From a bacterium (lineage in GTDB: Bacteria > UBP6 > UBA1177): a stretch of DNA of 64,000 bases. Of this stretch, positions 57,386 to 64,000 are shown piece by piece; position 1 is the first letter of the stretch; each line of letters opens with the position of its first letter. The stretch is taken from positions 4,417-68,416 of the forward strand of contig JAGCXM010000019.1 of NCBI GenBank assembly GCA_017961325.1, in the 5' to 3' direction. The translations under genes and the position numbers were made by a program. Under the pieces are notes generated by a model. That model was not told the origin of the DNA and made no database searches. It was given only the letters and a program-made list of their open reading frames with translations.

Positions 57386-58429
57386 GTGCTAAAGATTGTT
57401 TTTCTTGTGATTTTATTTTCGTTGCTTTCCTGTTCTAAAACGTCGCAAAGTGATTATTTGTTACCGGAAGAGTGCGGCGGCAGGTGCGAAACCGCGACAG
57501 ACACTGACTCTTTTCAGGACGCGCTTGTCAATTCGTCAGCCGCTTTTTCAAACTGCATCTGTTTGGGCGAAGGAGTTTTTGAAGGCGAAATCAGAATTGG
57601 AAAACCGCTGCGCGTCATCGGGAGAAAAGACGGGAGAACTTATTTGAAAAGGCTCGTGGTTTCAAATACTTATGATGTTTTGCTGAAAGATTTCTCCTTT
57701 AGGGATCTACATTCCGGATCTTCAGCGCTTTATGTAGATGAAAGTTCCGTAACTATGGAAAATATTTCCTTTTTTAATGTTGCGGCTGCATCTCTTTCTG
57801 GCGGCAGGGCGATTGTCGTTTCAGGCAACGAATCCAAGATAAGGATCAAAGATTCCAGAATTGAAAAAACCGACGGAACCTGTATTTTAATTGACGGATC
57901 CCACGATGTTTCACTTGAAAACGTTTCGCTGTCGAAGTGCGGTTTTGCCGGAGTCTGGGTACAGAATCAGAGCGAAACGGCTGGAAATCTTTCCGTTAAA
58001 AACAGTAATTTCTCTGAAATCAGCGCCGCGGCAGTTGAAATTCTGGGGAACACTACTCTTGCCGTTTCGGAAAGTACGGTGGAAAACGTTAAAAAGCGCG
58101 ACATTATGCTTGAAAGCGTGGGCGACGGCATTGTCGTCAAGAATTTCAATGTTTCGAAAAGCGGATCAATCGTCATCGAAAATTCTGTGATTGACGGGTT
58201 TGCACGTGCCGGAATAATTATTGACGGCGGCGGAGATGGTCAGAGTGTCGGAGCGGTGTTTAAGAATCTGTCGATTTCTTCAAAAGAAGGTTCTCTGGGG
58301 CTTGTCGTTCAGAACGCCGTCGAGCCTGATGCTTTGAGGGCGGGGATTCTTCGCAACGATTTTGATTCTGCCGACAGAGAGAGGACAGAAGAACTTTTTA
58401 TAATTGATTCTTTTTTTGAGCTGCAATGA
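57386..58429 (+). CDS. Right-handed parallel beta-helix lipoprotein
   Basis: GTG start after GGAGG, lipobox LLSC, ICLGEG.F.G.I.I.KPL.VIG cap, repeated (I/V)xxxxI..S.I....G rungs. Confidence 0.7.
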   Translation: MLKIVFLVILFSLLSCSKTSQSDYLLPEECGGRCETATDTDSFQDALVNSSAAFSNCICLGEGVFEGEIRIGKPLRVIGRKDGRTYLKRLVVSNTYDVLLKDFSFRDLHSGSSALYVDESSVTMENISFFNVAAASLSGGRAIVVSGNESKIRIKDSRIEKTDGTCILIDGSHDVSLENVSLSKCGFAGVWVQNQSETAGNLSVKNSNFSEISAAAVEILGNTTLAVSESTVENVKKRDIMLESVGDGIVVKNFNVSKSGSIVIENSVIDGFARAGIIIDGGGDGQSVGAVFKNLSISSKEGSLGLVVQNAVEPDALRAGILRNDFDSADRERTEELFIIDSFFELQ

Positions 58430-60120
58430 TTTTTGTTATTGTTTTTATTATTGTTTTTGCCTTTTCGTGCGTTGATTCGGACAGAAATTCCGAGGATTTC
58501 AGAGAAGAAATTTTTACTGACGACGACGAAAGCGGAAGCGGTTTGTGCGAAGAAAAAACAGTTTCGATTTCACAGCCGCGTCTTCCGGAAAAGCCGGTCA
58601 CGAAAGTTCCGAAGGCATACGGCAAAAAAAGTGACTGCATTCCCTTGCCTGATTCCGAAAACGGCAGACTGATTCTTGATGAGGGATGTTTTTTAGGCTG
58701 CATAAGGGTCGAGCATGAACTCCATATTTCGGGAAAAGATCCTGAAAGCACTTTGATTATTTGTAATGATGAAGAAAATCAGGCAGTTATAGAGGTAGAA
58801 AACAATGCGGAACTGACGTTGGAAAATATCTCTCTGAGCGGAAAAACAAGGTGTTTGACGGGAGGTAACGGCAGCAGAACGAATGTAAAAAATTCAAATT
58901 TTTCGCACTGTACAAAAGGAGGAATCAACATCTGTCCGGATGAAGCCGGCTGCAGGGCGGAACTTTCGGTGGCAAACAGTTTTATAGGCGATATTGACGA
59001 AGCGGATTCCGGAATAAGTTACGGGATTTCTTTCGGAAACGGTTCGTTGAACATTTCCGGAAGCGAAATTTCAGGCGTAAATTCTTTCGGAATCGCAGTT
59101 TGGGGCGAAAGCGGAGAAAAAAATAAAATTTTAATAGAAAATTCAATAATATCCGGTGTCTATGGCGGTTTGAGAAGCTACGAAGGGCATGGCGTATATG
59201 CAGAAAATGCGGCGGATATTACAATCAGGCAGAGTTCGGTTTCAGATACGGCGACATCTTTTGTTTTCGTTTCAGGCGAAAACGGTGAAATAAATTTACA
59301 ACTTGTTGATTTTACTGCTGAAAATATGCTGAAAACAGGCGAAGAGCAGGGCGGTGTTGTCTTAGACGGCGTAATTTCGGCATCTTTTGAGAGGGTCAGT
59401 ATCGGAGAGAGCAGGGGAAACGGCATTTTTTCGCGCGGAGCAACGCTTTATGCTGAAGATCTTTCGATAAAATCGGTTTTTTCCGACGGACTGGGCGGGA
59501 ACGGTTTCGGTCTGCAGCTTGTTGACGGCAGTAAAAGTTCAATAAAAAATCTGTCCGTCGTTTCGGCGGAAAAGGCGGGTGTCATTCTTGACGGAAAGTG
59601 CAGTGCCGACATTGAAAGTTTTGAAATTTTATCAACAAAATCAGATGCTTATTCAAAAGAATTCGGTGTCGGTGCAGCACTTCAGAGCGGAGCAGAACTT
59701 TTAATGAAAAACGGGGTCTTTTCAGAGAACAGGGAATCGGGAATTTTGGTTTTGAATTCAGAACTTTCTCTGGAAAATGTCGAAATCAGAGAGACGAAAC
59801 CGCGCGAATGCAGCGAACATAAAAGCTGCGTCTTTGCCCCCGGTACCGATTTTGCGCACGGCATTTCGCTTTATTCATCGTCAGTTCTCCGTTTTAATTC
59901 AATAACTCTTTCCGGTAACAACAACGGACTTAATATAGAGAGTTCCGATGTTTTCGGTTTCGGCGGAAAAGAGATTTCTTTCAATAGGAATACGACAGCT
60001 GTAAATGCATGGAACATCAATAATTTCAATGAGTTGAATGAAAATCTTTCGAATTCTCGATACTGCGGCAACGGTTCCGTCTTTACGGCCGATCTCCAGC
60101 CGGTGAGGGAGGAGTTTTAA
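58426..60120 (+). CDS. Right-handed parallel beta-helix lipoprotein
   Basis: Lipobox AFSC; LILDEGCF.G.I...HELHISG cap; many beta-helix rungs; ATGA overlap with the upstream gene. Confidence 0.7.
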   Translation: MIFVIVFIIVFAFSCVDSDRNSEDFREEIFTDDDESGSGLCEEKTVSISQPRLPEKPVTKVPKAYGKKSDCIPLPDSENGRLILDEGCFLGCIRVEHELHISGKDPESTLIICNDEENQAVIEVENNAELTLENISLSGKTRCLTGGNGSRTNVKNSNFSHCTKGGINICPDEAGCRAELSVANSFIGDIDEADSGISYGISFGNGSLNISGSEISGVNSFGIAVWGESGEKNKILIENSIISGVYGGLRSYEGHGVYAENAADITIRQSSVSDTATSFVFVSGENGEINLQLVDFTAENMLKTGEEQGGVVLDGVISASFERVSIGESRGNGIFSRGATLYAEDLSIKSVFSDGLGGNGFGLQLVDGSKSSIKNLSVVSAEKAGVILDGKCSADIESFEILSTKSDAYSKEFGVGAALQSGAELLMKNGVFSENRESGILVLNSELSLENVEIRETKPRECSEHKSCVFAPGTDFAHGISLYSSSVLRFNSITLSGNNNGLNIESSDVFGFGGKEISFNRNTTAVNAWNINNFNELNENLSNSRYCGNGSVFTADLQPVREEF

Positions 60121-60208
60121 TAATTTCTGATGCAGAGACAAAATAGGGGTGTGCTTTGCCCCTTAAAAATAGTGTTTATCGGAGGGTCCGTCAGCTCGAC
60201 AAGATTTA

Positions 60209-60236
60209 TTGACTCTTTTTGAGGAAAAAATAGAAT
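60209..60236 (+). promoter_or_regulatory. Putative promoter of 60261..61885
   Basis: TTGACT-N16-TAGAAT followed by CTTCCGC. Confidence 0.6.
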
Positions 60237-60260
60237 CTTCCGCTTTTTACGGAGGTTCTT

Positions 60261-61190
60261 ATGAAAAAAGTTTCGTTATTTTTGTTTCTGTTTTGTTTTT
60301 TCGTTTCGTATGTCACTGCGGAAGAGCCGCTTCCGGCCAATCTTGAAGTGAGACAGCTTCCGATTCCGCCTGTTGTCGAACTGCCTGCCAATTATGACGA
60401 TCTGGTCAAAAACTCCAAAGGCAACTCGATGGAGAAAAAAATCGACGAAATTATCGGCTCTGCCATCAAAACCAGTCATGTCGTTATAGAAAAACTCAAT
60501 GATTTCATCTTCTTGCAGGTCGTACCGAATTTCGCGTATGCAGATGAAAACGGTGAAGAAAGGTTGGGCGAAGATTTGATGAAAATTCTCAATTCGGGCA
60601 AAATTTCAGCTTCTGTAAATTCGCAGTTTATGAGTCTCGACTACACCGAAATGAGGCTTATGGGACTTCCGTTCAAACAAAAGCTGGTCGATTCGCTCGT
60701 TTTGGGTGCCGATAAATTCGATCTTTCGATTTCGCTAACTTTTTTCATAAACATCAACAAACTCACGAACATGGTTTTGAATTCGCTCGAAAACGTTAAA
60801 GATTTCAAGCCCTTGTTCAATCAGAACGAAAAGTTCTACCGTACGAAGTTTGAAGACAGCAAAATGCTTTATTTTATAAGGATTCCGAATATCGCATATG
60901 AAATAGCATATACCGGCGAGCTTTACGAAAATGTCATTGCAAAACAGATCAAGGAGGCTCTTTTCATACACGATGCGATAAAGAATGTTGAGAAAAAAAT
61001 CGAGAAGGATCCGCTGCTTTCCTTTGACGGAAGGTATATCAAGGGAGTAAAAGACGACAAAATTTCGGTCGATCTCTGGTTCCTGCCGCAGAAAACGGGA
61101 ATGAATTCAGCCGAAGCCGCTAAAATCATCAACAAAGTCCTGAAACACGAAGCGGTCAAAGTAACCGGCAGCGAAAAAGAGGCTAAATGA
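60261..61190 (+). CDS. Hypothetical secreted protein
   Basis: GGAGG RBS, signal peptide ending VTA, 309 aa; no family recognised. Confidence 0.75.
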   Translation: MKKVSLFLFLFCFFVSYVTAEEPLPANLEVRQLPIPPVVELPANYDDLVKNSKGNSMEKKIDEIIGSAIKTSHVVIEKLNDFIFLQVVPNFAYADENGEERLGEDLMKILNSGKISASVNSQFMSLDYTEMRLMGLPFKQKLVDSLVLGADKFDLSISLTFFININKLTNMVLNSLENVKDFKPLFNQNEKFYRTKFEDSKMLYFIRIPNIAYEIAYTGELYENVIAKQIKEALFIHDAIKNVEKKIEKDPLLSFDGRYIKGVKDDKISVDLWFLPQKTGMNSAEAAKIINKVLKHEAVKVTGSEKEAK

Positions 61191-61885
61191 CGGTCTGTCC
61201 TCACTGCAAAAGCACTAACAACAACTTTTACTACTGCCGCGGCTGTGGCAGAAAACTTGTTTCCGAGAGTGTCAAATCTTTTCACGAAGAGAAACATGAC
61301 TTTGATTTTATCGGCGAAGTCATTGATATTATTGAGAGAAATTCTGACACGACCGGGATAAAAAATATAGTCGGCTTCAACACTCCTGAAATAAGTCTTG
61401 AAGAAATTTCAAAAGAGGAGGGAATTCTTCTGATAGACGGCGGACAGTGGAAGGATATTCCGCAGAAAAAGCAGAACAGCTGTTTTTTCAGTGAAATCGT
61501 CTTTATTTACATGCTTTCCGCAATAATCACGATGTCCGGCTATATCGCCGGTGCCGACGCACTTGAAATGCTCTGTCAGCTCTACGCTTCGGTTTTTCTT
61601 CTTCTTTCGTTTCTGACCTGGTTTCTGATTCCTTGCTTCACCGGATTTTCTCCAGTTTCGTCGGTTCTTTACCGCACTTCTCTGTTTATGAAGACGAACA
61701 AAACGGTGAAAAACAAAGTTTACAATCTTTTCATGCTCTTTCTTTTTGCTTCTGTTCCCTCTCTTTTCATTATTCCGTTTTTATACTCTCTGATCAGATC
61801 GGAGTTCAGTAAAGAATACAAGCCTGTTGCATTTTCAATAAGTGAAATCAAATACCTGGAAAAAGCAAGCGACGCGAGTAAATAA
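61187..61885 (+). CDS. Zinc-ribbon membrane protein
   Basis: CPHC...CRGC at the N-terminus and about three C-terminal TM segments; ATGA overlap. Confidence 0.7.
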   Translation: MTVCPHCKSTNNNFYYCRGCGRKLVSESVKSFHEEKHDFDFIGEVIDIIERNSDTTGIKNIVGFNTPEISLEEISKEEGILLIDGGQWKDIPQKKQNSCFFSEIVFIYMLSAIITMSGYIAGADALEMLCQLYASVFLLLSFLTWFLIPCFTGFSPVSSVLYRTSLFMKTNKTVKNKVYNLFMLFLFASVPSLFIIPFLYSLIRSEFSKEYKPVAFSISEIKYLEKASDASK

Positions 61886-62725
61886 TTATTCCGGCAATAC
61901 TAAAACGACTTTCCCTTCTTCAAGACACTCATTTTTGAGTTCTTTTCTGATTTTTTCGGCATCGCTGTTTCTGAGAACGATTTCGGTTCCGTTTTTGATC
62001 TTTAAGGCCTGAACGGAAAGCGTTTCACCTGAAAGAGCCGCTTTTTCAATCAGATTTTTCGCTTTTTTCTTTGCGAAAAAAAACGCAGTCGGGCTTTTTG
62101 ACTTGCCGGTTGATTTGTCGTAAATTTTTTCTCCTTTTTCATTGACGAGCGAAATCATGAGCGCCGGTTCGAATTTGTTTTTCAAAGTAACCACGAGAAT
62201 TGATTTTGTTTTTTCGGAAATATCTTCATTTTTTTCTTCGGTCGGGGTTTCCTGCTTTGGAACGTCATTTGCAGCAGCATCGGTTATTTTCTGCAAGTAC
62301 CCGGAAATATTTACCTTATAAGTGACATCGACTGAGGAATTTGAATAAAAGCGCTCGTAAAGGACATCTTTAAAATCGTCACTGTCTATAAGTTTTTCGA
62401 CGAAATCCTTCATTCCTTTTGCTTCAAAAAAAGCTTTGACGGTCGTTTTTTTCGAAAGGATGAGCGACAGAAGCGCCTTTGCCGTTTTTTGTTTCGCATT
62501 CAGAACAGCCGCCTTTTCAGCCGTGATTCTTGCAGAATTGAGGTTCGTCACGTTCATTTCCGGAATCCCGTTTCCGGTTATAACGAGTTCGAAAGATGTA
62601 AAATTCAAAGTTCCGTCAGTGACCTTTCTGATAACCGAAAACTCGTCGGGATTCTTTTCCGCAAAAATCGGGAAAAAAAACGTAAAGATAAGAAGAAAAA
62701 AATACATTTTGGAAATTTTTTTCAT
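61886..62725 (-). CDS. Secreted protein resembling the LPP20/FlgT-N-like family
   Basis: Signal peptide; TG.G.P......ARITAEKAAVLNA helix; C-terminal ...PALM..LVNEKGEKIY...IVLRNSDAEKI...KVVLV domain. Confidence 0.5.
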   Translation of the reverse strand: MKKISKMYFFLLIFTFFFPIFAEKNPDEFSVIRKVTDGTLNFTSFELVITGNGIPEMNVTNLNSARITAEKAAVLNAKQKTAKALLSLILSKKTTVKAFFEAKGMKDFVEKLIDSDDFKDVLYERFYSNSSVDVTYKVNISGYLQKITDAAANDVPKQETPTEEKNEDISEKTKSILVVTLKNKFEPALMISLVNEKGEKIYDKSTGKSKSPTAFFFAKKKAKNLIEKAALSGETLSVQALKIKNGTEIVLRNSDAEKIRKELKNECLEEGKVVLVLPE

Positions 62726-62767
62726 AAAACCACCTCAAAATCCGCAGAACGCCAAAAAACGCAGTTC

Positions 62768-62795
62768 ATATTAATTTTACTTTTCAAATTTGCAA
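62768..62795 (-). promoter_or_regulatory. Putative promoter of 61886..62725
   Basis: TTGCAA-N16-TAATAT on the minus strand. Confidence 0.5.
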
Positions 62796-62847
62796 AAATC
62801 TTCTTTTTGTGAAAAATTTCCGCGTAATTTCTGTTCCGGAGGTGAAA

Positions 62848-64000
62848 ATGAAAAAATTACTGGTTGTTCTGGCTCTGTTCTGTTCTTTTTCAGTCGTTTC
62901 TGCAGACATTTACAAAGATGAACTCAAAAAGACGGAAAAAGACAGAAAGAAAGTCGAGGAAATTGAGAAAAAGCTTTCAACTGATGAAAAAGACTGCGAA
63001 AATCCTTCAGAAAAAAGTTCGGACAGAAGCGTGGTGACCGAACTTAAAATCTATTGTGAAGCAAGAAAATCGCTTAAATCGCGGATTCCGGAGATGAAGC
63101 GTCTGCTTGCCGGATATGAAAAGCTTTTCAGGGAATATTCGGAACAGTGCAAAAAAATCGACAGTGACGAAAAATATGAAAAATGTGCGGAAACGGACCG
63201 TAAAGTCGGCGCGTCGGCCGAAGTTCTAAACGATGAAAAAGAGAAATTTGATAGTGATATCGACAACTTGGAAAACGCTGCGGCCAGAGCGAAAGAACTT
63301 AATGAAAGAAATAACGACGCGAATAAGGAAGATTTCAAAAGAACAGTATCTAACAATCTGCAGGCGAAAAAAGAGCTTGTTACGGGTATGCAGAAAGGTC
63401 TGGAAAACGACAAATCGGCTTTTCAGAATTCAAAAAAGCAGTTGAATCAGGCACTTAAAAACAACACGGGAGAAAGTGCGGCGAAAGGAAAAATTTTCAT
63501 GGAAGGACTCAACAAAATACTTCTGCAGAACGGCGCGCTTCTCAATCTCTGCTCTTCGATGCTCAGAACGATAAGCGAGGCTAACGGCGTCTGCATCGCG
63601 AAAACCGACTTGGAAAAATGTCATGCAAGCGAAACGAAGCTCGAAAATCTTTTCAACGACGGCAACGAAAAGCTTTCTGTCTACAAAAATGAAAAAAACG
63701 ACCTTCTTGCGATGGAAAGCGACTATCACAAAGCGGGAATGGGCGACGTTTTAATAAAAATGGAAAACGCGAAAAAGACGATTTCGACCTATCTGCAGAA
63801 TCTGAAAAGTCAGAACGAATACCTGAAACAGCAGATCGAGGCGAGCAAAAACAACATGGAAGTCGTCAAAGGCAGAAACAATAAAAAGCTGACCGACACC
63901 TACACCGGACATGTCGCGACGATGAAGGAACTTGAAAGGGAAAGCGGTGAATTCATCAAAATTTATGAAGACAACCTCGGTAAAATCGAAAGTTTCACGA
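62848..64000 (+). CDS. Secreted coiled-coil protein (partial, runs off the window end)
   Basis: Not in the ORF track. GGAGGT RBS + ATG 62848: MKKLLVVLALFCSFSVVSADIYKDELKKTEKDRKKVEEIEKK..., open to 64000, K/E/N-rich and helical with paired Cys. Confidence 0.8.
   Translation, partial: MKKLLVVLALFCSFSVVSADIYKDELKKTEKDRKKVEEIEKKLSTDEKDCENPSEKSSDRSVVTELKIYCEARKSLKSRIPEMKRLLAGYEKLFREYSEQCKKIDSDEKYEKCAETDRKVGASAEVLNDEKEKFDSDIDNLENAAARAKELNERNNDANKEDFKRTVSNNLQAKKELVTGMQKGLENDKSAFQNSKKQLNQALKNNTGESAAKGKIFMEGLNKILLQNGALLNLCSSMLRTISEANGVCIAKTDLEKCHASETKLENLFNDGNEKLSVYKNEKNDLLAMESDYHKAGMGDVLIKMENAKKTISTYLQNLKSQNEYLKQQIEASKNNMEVVKGRNNKKLTDTYTGHVATMKELERESGEFIKIYEDNLGKIESFT

Noticed and set aside
60121-60208. 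Possible small RNA or tRNA fragment in the intergenic region (AGGGG...CCCCT hairpin)
   Set aside because: Only a short imperfect stem, with no tRNA cloverleaf, T-loop or recognisable riboswitch consensus.

Overview
Chromosomal window from a Gram-negative, deltaproteobacterium/Myxococcota-like anaerobe (inferred from RpoH, IHF-beta, a myxobacterial-type PilZ protein, an MXAN_2562-like barrel and a Na+-pumping methylmalonyl-CoA decarboxylase operon). Most of it is housekeeping: clpS/clpA, M18 aminopeptidase, kbl, argF, birA, gpsA, dapB, glgP, ligA, rpoH, proS, ihfB, pyrD, asd, serS and mce-mmdA-mmdD-mmdC-mmdB. These are interspersed with modular surface lipoproteins built as lipobox + acidic tether + Cys-rich module + effector domain. 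I see no rRNA, tRNA, CRISPR array, transposase, integrase or reverse transcriptase. The most unusual observations are: (1) a four-helix-bundle/Zn-finger gene between kbl and argF, bounded by 41-nt direct repeats built from a degenerate 8-nt unit, with an inverted array of the same unit and a frameshifted type IIG restriction-modification remnant next to it; (2) one ORF that looks like a polyprotein (exported passenger - CFI-box - TM - internal signal peptide - outer-membrane barrel); (3) a decarboxylase beta subunit with an extra ~240-aa exported domain; (4) a glycogen-synthase homologue lacking its whole C-terminal domain but apparently keeping the terminal helix; (5) a recurring TTGnnn-N16-TAnnnT promoter geometry. 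All family assignments come from motif recognition by eye; no database searches were run.
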